Source: Candidatus Anderseniibacteriota bacterium
Lineage (GTDB): Bacteria; Patescibacteriota; Andersenbacteria; UBA10190
DNA: 64,000 nt
Assembly: GCA_040876835.1 (NCBI GenBank)
Contig: JBBDOX010000007.1
Span: 7,916-71,915, forward strand
Direction of reading: 5' to 3'
The stretch's first letter is position 1; each line of letters begins with the position of its first letter. Under the pieces are notes generated by a model, which was not told where the DNA came from, ran no database searches, and was given only the letters and a program-made list of their open reading frames with translations. Both the position numbers and the translations under genes were made by a program. This document shows, piece by piece, positions 17,746 through 26,190 of the stretch.

Positions 17746-18441
17746 ATGGTAGAAGATATGAAGAGCAAGGAAAAGAAAGGAAAGCCGGCTCAGGACTTGG
17801 TGCGGATTTCCGAAATCCGGGAGGGGGTTGTTATCCTCTCAGATGCTGGCATGAGAGCTATTCTCCTAGTTTCATCGGTTAACTTTGCCCTCAAGTCCGA
17901 AGACGAGCAGAATGCCATCATCTATGCGTACCAGGAATTTATTAATTCCCTGGATTTTCCCATCCAGATCAGTATTTCTTCCCGTAAAATGGACATCACC
18001 CCATACCTAGAAGAAGTAAAGCACAAACGAGATACCCAGAAAAATGAACTATTGCGTCTGCAAATGAACGAATACATAGACTTCGTAGGAGGATTAGTAG
18101 AGAACAGCAATATCATGTCAAAAACATTCTTTGTTACGATTTCGTTCTCGGTAGTGCAAAACAAGAAAGAAAACTTTCTAGGCCGTATATTTAAAGGAGT
18201 TAAAAGCGCTACCGGGAAGCACACGTTTAACGACCAGGAATTCGAACATGCCCGTAATCAACTTTTTCAACGAGTAGAGCAGGTAGCTGTAGGCTTGCGT
18301 GGTATTGGACTGCGTGTTGTGCCTTTACAAACCCAGGAACTACTGGAACTTTTTTACAATATGTATAACCCCTCCACTTCTCGCAACCAGCGTCTGCGCG
18401 GTCTGGGAGAGCTTCACATCCAGGAAACCAGTTCCAGCTAG
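17746..18441 (+). CDS. VirB4/TraE-like conjugation ATPase, N-terminal domain fragment (split gene)
   Basis: 'LVRISEIREGVVILSDAGMRAILLVSSVNFALKSEDEQNAIIYAYQEFINSLDFPIQISISSRKMDITPYL' matches the N-terminal domain of Gram-positive VirB4 proteins (PrgJ/TcpF/Orf16 type). It ends at a TAG 20 nt before the next ATG, which is in a different frame. Confidence 0.6.
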   Translation: MVEDMKSKEKKGKPAQDLVRISEIREGVVILSDAGMRAILLVSSVNFALKSEDEQNAIIYAYQEFINSLDFPIQISISSRKMDITPYLEEVKHKRDTQKNELLRLQMNEYIDFVGGLVENSNIMSKTFFVTISFSVVQNKKENFLGRIFKGVKSATGKHTFNDQEFEHARNQLFQRVEQVAVGLRGIGLRVVPLQTQELLELFYNMYNPSTSRNQRLRGLGELHIQETSSS

Positions 18442-18463
18442 TGTGGTGTGCTATTATTAGCTC

Positions 18464-20299
18464 ATGGGGATTTTTCAAGATACATTCGCTTTCCTGCGCG
18501 GCTCTAAAAAGAAGGGGCAGCAAACAGAGGCAGAGGAGGATGCAACGCTCAAAAATTACAACGAGGGCGTAGCTTCTGTGCGGGACATTATTGCTCCCGC
18601 CGGATTTAAGGTAAACCCCAAGTCCATTGAAATTGACGGAAAGTATGCGTCAACGCTGTTTGTAATAACATACCCGCGCTACCTCGACACCAACTGGTTC
18701 TCTCCAATTGTAAACTTTGACATTGAATTTGACGTAGGGATGTTTATTTACCCTCAGGACTCCGCCGCTATTTTAAAACAGCTGAGAAAGCAGGTTACCC
18801 GGGTATCGGCTTCTCTTTCTATGCAGGCGGAGGGAGGCAAGGTCCGTGATCCCCAACTGGAAACTGCCTATCAGGACATTGAAGAGCTGCGGGATCGCCT
18901 CGTGCAGGGGACGGAGCGTTTTTACCAGTACGGGCTATACATAACGCTGTACGCGAATTCAGAAATAGAGCTAGAACAAACCGTCTCTCAAGTGGAAGTT
19001 TTACTTGAAGGGCGCCTGGTGTATGCAAAGCCAGCTCTCTTTCAAGCCCTGCAAGGATTCACCTCCACATTGCCTTTAGGTCACGACCGTCTAGGAGTTT
19101 CAACAAACATGAATACTTCGCCGCTTTCTACGACGTTTCCTTTTGTCAGCTCAGACCTTACCAGCAACAGCGGGGTTCTGTATGGTATTAACCTTCATAA
19201 TAACAGCCTGGTGCTCTTTGATCGGTTCAGCTTAGAAAATGCCAACATGGTTATTTTTGCTAAATCTGGTGCGGGTAAAAGCTACACCGTGAAACTTGAG
19301 ATTTTGCGTAGTCTAATGTTCGGCACTGAGGTAATCGTCATTGATCCAGAGCAGGAGTATAAATATTTGTCGGAGGCGGTAGGTGGCAGTTACCTGCGTA
19401 TTGCTATCGCGTCTGATCACCGCATCAATCCTTTCGATTTACCAGAGCTTGGGGAAGATGAAAACCCTGAGGCAGTATTAAGGGAGAATATAACCCGTTT
19501 AATCGGACTTGTTTCCTTGATGGCCAACGGCGTGTCTCCCGAAGAAGAATCGCTCGTGGATAAAGCGCTATGGGAATCTTACGCTATTAAAGATATTACT
19601 CCCGGTGCCCGATGGGCAAAGCCGGAGGTGCCGACCTTACAGGATTTTTACAATATCCTGCGCGACATGCAGGGGGGACAGAGTATTGCTTTACGTATCC
19701 AGCGGTATGTGGAAGGAACATTCGCCGGCGTATTTAACCGCCCTACGAATATTGACCTGGATAACCAGCTCATTGTCTTTAACATTCGGGACATGGAAGA
19801 AGAGCTGCGACCGATCGCCATGTATGTGGTACTTGGATTTATCTGGAATCGGGTGCGCAGCCAGCTTAAGCGACGCATTCTGGCCGTGGATGAGGCCTGG
19901 ATCATGATGCAAAACGAAGAGTCAGCCAAGTTTTTGTTTTCGATGGCCAAGCGAGCTCGCAAATATTACCTGGGGGTTACCACAATCACTCAGGACATTA
20001 CGGACTTTTTAGGCTCCAAATATGGCAAGCCTATTGTCACCAACTCTTCAATTCAGCTACTTCTTCGTCAGTCACCGGCGGCTATCGATCTTCTTTCGGA
20101 GGTATTTTACTTAACTGACCATGAGAAGTTTCGTCTACTTGAAAGCGACGTGGGAGAAGGTATCTTCTTTGCCGGACTCAAGCACGTAGCAATTAAAGTG
20201 GTTGCCAGTTACGCTGAAGATCAGGTGATTACCTCTGATCCGCAGCAAATTCTAGCTATTGAAGCAGCTAAAAAAGAATTAGCGCAGATAGAAACCTAG
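18464..20299 (+). CDS. VirB4/TrbE/CagE-like T4SS ATPase, central and C-terminal ATPase domains
   Basis: Walker A is 'MVIFAKSGAGKSYTVK' and Walker B 'ILAVDEAW'. 'IDGKYASTLFVITYPRYLDTNWFSPIVNFDIEFDVGMFIYPQD' is typical of the VirB4 middle domain. Confidence 0.8.
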   Translation: MGIFQDTFAFLRGSKKKGQQTEAEEDATLKNYNEGVASVRDIIAPAGFKVNPKSIEIDGKYASTLFVITYPRYLDTNWFSPIVNFDIEFDVGMFIYPQDSAAILKQLRKQVTRVSASLSMQAEGGKVRDPQLETAYQDIEELRDRLVQGTERFYQYGLYITLYANSEIELEQTVSQVEVLLEGRLVYAKPALFQALQGFTSTLPLGHDRLGVSTNMNTSPLSTTFPFVSSDLTSNSGVLYGINLHNNSLVLFDRFSLENANMVIFAKSGAGKSYTVKLEILRSLMFGTEVIVIDPEQEYKYLSEAVGGSYLRIAIASDHRINPFDLPELGEDENPEAVLRENITRLIGLVSLMANGVSPEEESLVDKALWESYAIKDITPGARWAKPEVPTLQDFYNILRDMQGGQSIALRIQRYVEGTFAGVFNRPTNIDLDNQLIVFNIRDMEEELRPIAMYVVLGFIWNRVRSQLKRRILAVDEAWIMMQNEESAKFLFSMAKRARKYYLGVTTITQDITDFLGSKYGKPIVTNSSIQLLLRQSPAAIDLLSEVFYLTDHEKFRLLESDVGEGIFFAGLKHVAIKVVASYAEDQVITSDPQQILAIEAAKKELAQIET

Positions 20300-20305
20300 G
20301 CTCTT

Positions 20306-20701
20306 ATGGCTCTCGGACAAGAACAAGTAAATAAGGCGGAACTAAGCAAGGGTCAAAACTCTCGAGGCGGCTCTTCTCATCACCTCAGTCCAAAGACGTC
20401 CGGAATGGCCGGCAATAACCCCAAAGATAGGCTCGCCTTGGCGCGCAATATACAGCAACAACCTGTTGTAGAAGCTAAGGCAGCAGCGGGAAAATGGGCA
20501 GGCCGAGCACTGGGAGCGTACCTTCTTCCCGGAGTAGGCGGCCTCCCCGGGGGTATGATCGGTGAAAAAGTGGGGCGAATGAGCACTCCAAAACAAATTC
20601 TTCTCTTCGGGTTACTGGGAGTATACGCGCTTATACAACCTCTTATACCAATAGTAATTCTCCTTATCATGGTCGTTCTTATTGTCTCCTCTATTGCATG
20701 A
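20306..20701 (+). CDS. Small C-terminally anchored membrane protein (hypothetical T4SS accessory)
   Basis: A hydrophilic N-terminus is followed by the C-terminal TM 'ILLFGLLGVYALIQPLIPIVILLIMVVLIVSSIA'. It overlaps the next gene by 4 nt. Confidence 0.4.
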   Translation: MALGQEQVNKAELSKGQNSRGGSSHHLSPKTSGMAGNNPKDRLALARNIQQQPVVEAKAAAGKWAGRALGAYLLPGVGGLPGGMIGEKVGRMSTPKQILLFGLLGVYALIQPLIPIVILLIMVVLIVSSIA

Positions 20702-21135
20702 GCTTCCGTAACATCACATTATTTTTCGCATTCCTTTCCCTGCTGGGCAGTACTTTCTTTGGAGCAGGTCAGTACGCGCTCGCTCAAGCACCTTGCCCTC
20801 CCGGTTCTTTGTACGGATGTCTGGAAGCGCCTCTGCCTGGCCAAAAAAGCACTAACATTGATGATTTGGTACGAGCAAATTCGCCCTTGCTGACGTATAT
20901 AGATATAGTCGTTAAATTTGTTATTGCCATCATCGTGGTGATCAGCGTTATCTCTGTTATCGCCGGCGGGTTTGTGTATATGACAGCCGGGGGAGATGCC
21001 AGCAAAGTCGCTCTCGCGAAAACTATAATACTGTCTGCTTTGGGAGGATTAGCCCTCGCTCTCTTGTCATGGGTTCTCCTTAATACAATCAGTCCTCAGT
21101 TTGCCTCACAGCTCCGTGATCCGACCGCTCCGTAG
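20698..21135 (+). CDS. VirB2/TrbC-like pilin candidate
   Basis: A signal peptide 'MSFRNITLFFAFLSLLGSTFFGAGQYALA' is followed by two hydrophobic segments ('IVVKFVIAIIVVISVISVIAGGFVYM', 'IILSALGGLALALLSWVLL'), the architecture of conjugative pilins. It is the last gene of the locus. Confidence 0.4.
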   Translation: MSFRNITLFFAFLSLLGSTFFGAGQYALAQAPCPPGSLYGCLEAPLPGQKSTNIDDLVRANSPLLTYIDIVVKFVIAIIVVISVISVIAGGFVYMTAGGDASKVALAKTIILSALGGLALALLSWVLLNTISPQFASQLRDPTAP

Positions 21136-22294
21136 GTCTCCTAACTAAAAAGCCTATTAACATCCACCACAAAATGGCGAGATCGTTTTTCCAGTAGACA
21201 GTATCAACCAGTCCCAGCAGGAGTATTGCTATCAAAGCCAAGCAAATAGCAGTTTGATTTTTCCAGGATTTTCTTACAACTACTGCTGCCAGGGTTGCGA
21301 AGCTTAGCAGTCCAGTTAGCCCAAGGTTGAGCCAGAAAGATAGCACCCAGTTGTGGGGATCGCGAAAGACAAACTCCGGCAGCGGCTCGCTTAGTAAGAC
21401 TCCGCTGTGAAAAGAGGAGAATCGTTCATGAAGGTGTTGTTGGTAGGCAGGCTCAAAGGTGCCCAACCCGATACCAAGCAGGGGGTGTTCTGTAACGATT
21501 TCCCAGGAAATGCTCCACAGCTGCAGCCGCACAGCAGCGCTACTATCCAGCTGGAACAAATACGATATTTTATCCTGCAGGAGAATGCCGCTCCCTAGAA
21601 GTGTGAGTATACCTGCCGCTATCAGTCCGCGTCTGGCTGTTAAGGAAACAACTTTCGGAAAAAACAACATGCCAAGCACGAAGGTAAACACCACCGCAAT
21701 AATTGCGCCTACTGTTTGAGCAGCAAGCAGGGCAGCCGCCATAATTGCGCTCGCGGTCCACAACGCGCCCGGACGTATCCCTTGCAGCGCCCTCCAGGTT
21801 GCCATAGTAAGGATAGGAGCAATATACAGCGCAAGAGAGTTGGGTACGTCATACACACTTCTGACCCGATCCAGCGAGTCCAGCTGAGTCAGCCCGATCA
21901 GTGCAACTGCGGTGCCGGAAATAACCAGCGCGTTTACTATAACCGCCTGCCGGCTGTTCTGGGTAAAGACCATCCAGCCATACAGGACAGGCAAAATAAT
22001 CCAGCCTTTTAAAATCCCCAGACTAGTCTCCAGGTGAGGGGAGATAAGTGTCGATAGAGCAGCCGAGAGCACCAAAACGAGGACCAGTATTTTTACTTCC
22101 CACACCAATCCCTGCGTTGCTCTTCTCCAGCTTGTTCGGATTCCATGATCTATCGCTCCCGTCGCGAACGTAGCAATAATAAGCACTTCAAGAACATTCG
22201 TGGGGATACCAGCTACAGAAAACCGCCATAGGTAGGCCGGCAACAGCACCGCCGTCGCAGTCAGCAGAAAAATGTGTAACTTACCGACGGTCAT
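21089..22294 (-). CDS. O-antigen ligase/polymerase-like (Wzy_C family) membrane protein
   Basis: A polytopic protein with 'LGIGLGTFEPAYQQHLHERF...HNWVLSFWLNLGLTGL'. Its 3' end overlaps the convergent VirB2-like gene by 47 nt. Confidence 0.5.
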   Translation of the reverse strand: MTVGKLHIFLLTATAVLLPAYLWRFSVAGIPTNVLEVLIIATFATGAIDHGIRTSWRRATQGLVWEVKILVLVLVLSAALSTLISPHLETSLGILKGWIILPVLYGWMVFTQNSRQAVIVNALVISGTAVALIGLTQLDSLDRVRSVYDVPNSLALYIAPILTMATWRALQGIRPGALWTASAIMAAALLAAQTVGAIIAVVFTFVLGMLFFPKVVSLTARRGLIAAGILTLLGSGILLQDKISYLFQLDSSAAVRLQLWSISWEIVTEHPLLGIGLGTFEPAYQQHLHERFSSFHSGVLLSEPLPEFVFRDPHNWVLSFWLNLGLTGLLSFATLAAVVVRKSWKNQTAICLALIAILLLGLVDTVYWKNDLAILWWMLIGFLVRRPTERSDHGAVRQTED

Positions 22295-23642
22295 AAGGCT
22301 GCATTGAGATTGTCACGATAGCGACAAGAATAACCAAAAGGTGGGCATATAGAAAACTATTTACAAACTGCGAGTGGATAAACAAACCAGCCAGAGCCAG
22401 AACCCCTGCTCCTGCCTGCAAATCCAAGCCCTTAACTGCTTTTCTTCCTAACCATATACCAGCTGCTATCCAGGGCCAGGCAAAAAGAAGGACGCCAATT
22501 AAACCCGTCGTAGCCCATAGCGTCAACCAGCTGTTGTCAGCCCCCGCTCGGGAGTGAAGCGAGAACTGCCCGATAAGGCCTGCATCCACGGCAGCAAACT
22601 GATACGCATTGTAACCCACGCCTACAAGCGCATTCGGCTGAATGATGTGACTCCAAGCCAATGCGAGCGAATCAGTGCGAAGGGTGACTGTGGGATCATA
22701 CTGCACAAACCCTGCCAGACGATCCCCCAATAGCCCCGCAGCTAAAGCTCCCCACACTACGCACATGCCAATAATCCCCACCAAGCGCAGGAGACGGGCA
22801 TGATCACTGCGTATCCGTGCTGCCATTTTCCAGGTGATGTACGGCACAGCGATCGCAAAAATACCCAGGAAAGCTACCAGGCTGCTGCGGGACTGAGTTA
22901 AGGCAATCGCAAGTATTTGTAACACGACTAGTGATGTATACCCCGAGCGCCACAAGACATTTTTTTTCACCGTGCTCCACTGTGCTAATACCCACGGTAG
23001 AGCGACTACCAAAAACGCACCGATAAAGTTGGGATCGAGCCAGGTAGAAACTAGTCGTCGCTGATGGGGATCCCAGCCATATTGCGATAGAAAAGATAAG
23101 TCAGAAAGTAGTATTACCTGTACGATCCCCAGCATTACTAGTCCCGCTACAGTAAAAAACAGCCCGTGCCGTATAGTCGTTCGGTTTATCGGATCAAGCA
23201 TTAAAATAGCCAGGGCAGGGAAGAGCAGAAGGTATGCACTGGTGCGCACCCAGTATAGTCCGGCAATAACGAGCTGGTGCGACTCTAAAGAAAACGCATG
23301 TATAACTAGCGTGAACAAGCTCCAGCCAATGAACGGAAGAACCAGCCAGGCTAGCTGAGCTCCCTTTTGCTGAAAAGGATCCGCAAAACGATTTTTGTAC
23401 CGACGCCAAGATACCACTCCAGCTATAATCGTAAATCCAACCGCCAGATCGCTCGCAAGCAGCCCTCCGCCCTGACCGGCGACCTGAATACGTATCAGCT
23501 GACCCGCTACCACTGAACCAAACAGAAGCCACAGAGCTAGTCGAGGCAGCATCACACTCCACCAGGCAGCCGCAAGCAGCCCTATTGCACCCGAGAGGAG
23601 AACAAGCGGTAGATTTGTCGCAGCAAGCGATGCAAGAGCCAT
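22281..23642 (-). CDS. O-antigen ligase/polymerase-like (Wzy_C family) membrane protein
   Basis: 'LTQSRSSLVAFLG' and 'HSRAGADNSWLTLWATTGLIG' resemble Wzy_C motifs. At least 10 TM helices. Confidence 0.55.
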   Translation of the reverse strand: MALASLAATNLPLVLLSGAIGLLAAAWWSVMLPRLALWLLFGSVVAGQLIRIQVAGQGGGLLASDLAVGFTIIAGVVSWRRYKNRFADPFQQKGAQLAWLVLPFIGWSLFTLVIHAFSLESHQLVIAGLYWVRTSAYLLLFPALAILMLDPINRTTIRHGLFFTVAGLVMLGIVQVILLSDLSFLSQYGWDPHQRRLVSTWLDPNFIGAFLVVALPWVLAQWSTVKKNVLWRSGYTSLVVLQILAIALTQSRSSLVAFLGIFAIAVPYITWKMAARIRSDHARLLRLVGIIGMCVVWGALAAGLLGDRLAGFVQYDPTVTLRTDSLALAWSHIIQPNALVGVGYNAYQFAAVDAGLIGQFSLHSRAGADNSWLTLWATTGLIGVLLFAWPWIAAGIWLGRKAVKGLDLQAGAGVLALAGLFIHSQFVNSFLYAHLLVILVAIVTISMQPYDRR

Positions 23643-24358
23643 ATAGATGTAGCGTAGTGTTTTCGGAAGTATCTGTCAGCTGACTGGTCGTAGAGGTACG
23701 TCTTGCGTCCTATATCCGTCAGACTCATTCCCCGCCGGTGAGTGACCGCGACCAGGGGATAGAGTGTAATACTTTTGCCTTTGGCATGAATTCGCCGGCA
23801 CAGGTCAACATCTTCCCAGTAGAGGAAAAACGTTTCATCAAACCCCCCAACTGCTCGGAATTGCCCAGTATCAACCAGCATGGCCCCTCCCGACACCCAG
23901 CCCACCTGTAACGGTACCGCATCGTCAATAGGCGCCTTACTAATACGACGCCCAAATAGGGACAAGAGCGAAACGGCATCTCCATAAGAACCTTTTTCAG
24001 GGTGGCCCTCAGTATCTTGAAGCCTAAATCCCAACACGGCGACGCTGGCGTGACTGCTAATATATTGCACTGCCTGGTGAATGCTTCCGCTCGCAAGGAA
24101 AGCGTCTGGGTTTAGGAAAATAATATATGGCTTGTCCAGACACTTACTGCCGACATTTGCAGCAGCACCAAATCCTCTGTTCTGATCAAGAGTAACAACC
24201 TGTACAGGGAATTCCCGCACGATATCCAATGTGCTATCAACTGACGCACTGTCCACAACACAAATACTCTGAATTTTCTGGGCCAGCAGAGAGCGAATAC
24301 AATCGGCGATTGTATCTTCGCTGTTATGCGTTACAACAACCGCTCCTACGGCATTCAT
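23582..24358 (-). CDS. Family 2 glycosyltransferase
   Basis: 'MNAVGAVVVTHNSEDTIADCIRSLLAQ' and 'YIIFLNPDA' are present. The ATG at 24358 overlaps the upstream stop as ATGA. The ORF track start at 24409 is a longer alternative. Confidence 0.7.
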   Translation of the reverse strand: MNAVGAVVVTHNSEDTIADCIRSLLAQKIQSICVVDSASVDSTLDIVREFPVQVVTLDQNRGFGAAANVGSKCLDKPYIIFLNPDAFLASGSIHQAVQYISSHASVAVLGFRLQDTEGHPEKGSYGDAVSLLSLFGRRISKAPIDDAVPLQVGWVSGGAMLVDTGQFRAVGGFDETFFLYWEDVDLCRRIHAKGKSITLYPLVAVTHRRGMSLTDIGRKTYLYDQSADRYFRKHYATSIWLLHRLLRQIYRLFSSRVQ

Positions 24359-25173
24359 AGTGAAATTCGACCCATATGATTCTTGCGACTGTCCCGCAAG
24401 GCCCGCCAAACTACGTCCTTTCTGGATACAAAGCGGTGATAGATGAATCTACCCCAGTTAAGCACCTGCCAATATCCTCCCCATGCACCACTTTCCCATG
24501 TCAGCGCCCGAGCTCCATTACGGGCCAGGTAGTACAGTTGGGAAGAAGTAAGATCCTTTCGCATATCATTGTGCTTCACTACGACTTGCGGCAAAGACAC
24601 CAACTGAACTCCCTGCGCAGATAACCGCCAACTCCACGCCACATCTTCCCAATACAAGAAATAGCTAACCGGCAGTCGAGCACGAGTAAATACGTCGAAG
24701 GTTGTGGCAAACAACGACCCGTGAATATACGGCTTTCGATACCAGGCGGCGCGGGTTCTATCTTCGATATGTGCCCGTCCAGAAAACATGTTGACCGAGC
24801 CGCTGCGGGCACCAACAAGAAGGGGAGTTGTCGCGTCCTTAAACATTGCATATATTTTCTCCAATACATCGATTCCCACTTCAGCGTCGTTGTTCATACA
24901 CACCACCACGTCGTCGGGCTGGGCTCCACGTGCTGCCAAAAAGCTCACCCCCACTAAAATACCACCGCTATACCCCGTGTTTGCTGCGGGACGGATAATC
25001 GTTACGGAGTCGCTGATAGCAGAGAGCCTTAAGGGCACATCCGCATGATCCACTATCACTACCGCGTCTGGCAGGCGCCTGCTTCTCATAAGAGCAGATA
25101 GCGCCTGCTGAGTAGGGGTGGCGCTTCCATAATGGACAAGAATGACAAAAATCTTTGGTATTTGTGGAATCAT
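24355..25173 (-). CDS. Family 2 glycosyltransferase
   Basis: 'MIPQIPKIFVILVHYGSATPTQQALSAL' and 'VVVCMNNDAEV' are present. The internal ATG at 25173 is the preferred start. Confidence 0.65.
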   Translation of the reverse strand: MIPQIPKIFVILVHYGSATPTQQALSALMRSRRLPDAVVIVDHADVPLRLSAISDSVTIIRPAANTGYSGGILVGVSFLAARGAQPDDVVVCMNNDAEVGIDVLEKIYAMFKDATTPLLVGARSGSVNMFSGRAHIEDRTRAAWYRKPYIHGSLFATTFDVFTRARLPVSYFLYWEDVAWSWRLSAQGVQLVSLPQVVVKHNDMRKDLTSSQLYYLARNGARALTWESGAWGGYWQVLNWGRFIYHRFVSRKDVVWRALRDSRKNHMGRISL

Positions 25174-25242
25174 TGTGGATAAGTATGTGGAAAAGCGTAG
25201 GTAATATGTGCACAAAACGTCCTTAAACCATTTTTCTGCTCT

Positions 25243-26190
25243 TTATACAGCATCATTCGAACGATTGAGGATTTTCTTTTCTCCGGTATACCAACCCACC
25301 CAGAATTCAGCAGCTGTAGCGTAGAGAAATAGCCGAGGCAGACTGTATATACCCCCTAGTACTGTAACAGTCTTCCACGCTATCCACCTGATTCCAAGGT
25401 ACTGATACACGAGCGTTTTCAGGCGCCGTAAAGTGGTAGGAGGGGGCAAAAGCGCTATATGAGGATACCGACGCTGATATATAGTTGCTCCCTGACCAAC
25501 CTCATACTGCCGCCGCTGAATGGCGGGGGCAGTATATGCATGGCGATGCAGTCCCACCGCCTTATGAAGAACAGCAAGAGTGAGACCGCGAGGAGCCAAC
25601 ATGCGCCCCAGGTCTAAATCCTCCCAGCCATAGCGAGTATATATGGTTGGAAACTCCTGGCCACGCAGGGCTCTCCGTTTTATAGAAAGGTGAGAACCAT
25701 AAAAAAAGTGCGCCGAGTCTGCCTGATATATACCCAGTAGTGCATCAAAGTTATTTTGTGGGCCACCATGCACCATCCACTCCATTAAAGGTGTGGGCTT
25801 AAGGCGCGGATCCCACACAACCATACCAAGAGCAGCGTTCATTTCATCCGGAAACTTGGTATGAAAGCAGCCGTGCTCTTTGAGCGCGCCGGCACGCAGT
25901 ATAATGTCCGCTCCTAAGAAGATCACTATATCCGCGTCAGAAACTGCCAAGCCCCGATTCCGGGCTCCGGCGCCGCCGATGTGCTGTCCGGTTACAACAA
26001 CAGGCTCCCGCCAAGGAGAAGACCACGCAAGCGCATGTACGACAGACTGCGGACTAGTGCGTGAACCATCATCAGACACAATTACCCGGGGCTGCCACCC
26101 TTCATTAATAACTTGGTCGCGCAACGCCGCTAATGTATGCGACAAAACACCTTCGCTATTGTAGGTAGGGATGATAATGTCGATCTTCAT
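25243..26190 (-). CDS. Family 2 glycosyltransferase
   Basis: 'MKIDIIIPTYNSEGVLSHTLAALRDQ' and 'VIVSDDGS' are present. It overlaps the flippase gene by 4 nt. Confidence 0.75.
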   Translation of the reverse strand: MKIDIIIPTYNSEGVLSHTLAALRDQVINEGWQPRVIVSDDGSRTSPQSVVHALAWSSPWREPVVVTGQHIGGAGARNRGLAVSDADIVIFLGADIILRAGALKEHGCFHTKFPDEMNAALGMVVWDPRLKPTPLMEWMVHGGPQNNFDALLGIYQADSAHFFYGSHLSIKRRALRGQEFPTIYTRYGWEDLDLGRMLAPRGLTLAVLHKAVGLHRHAYTAPAIQRRQYEVGQGATIYQRRYPHIALLPPPTTLRRLKTLVYQYLGIRWIAWKTVTVLGGIYSLPRLFLYATAAEFWVGWYTGEKKILNRSNDAV

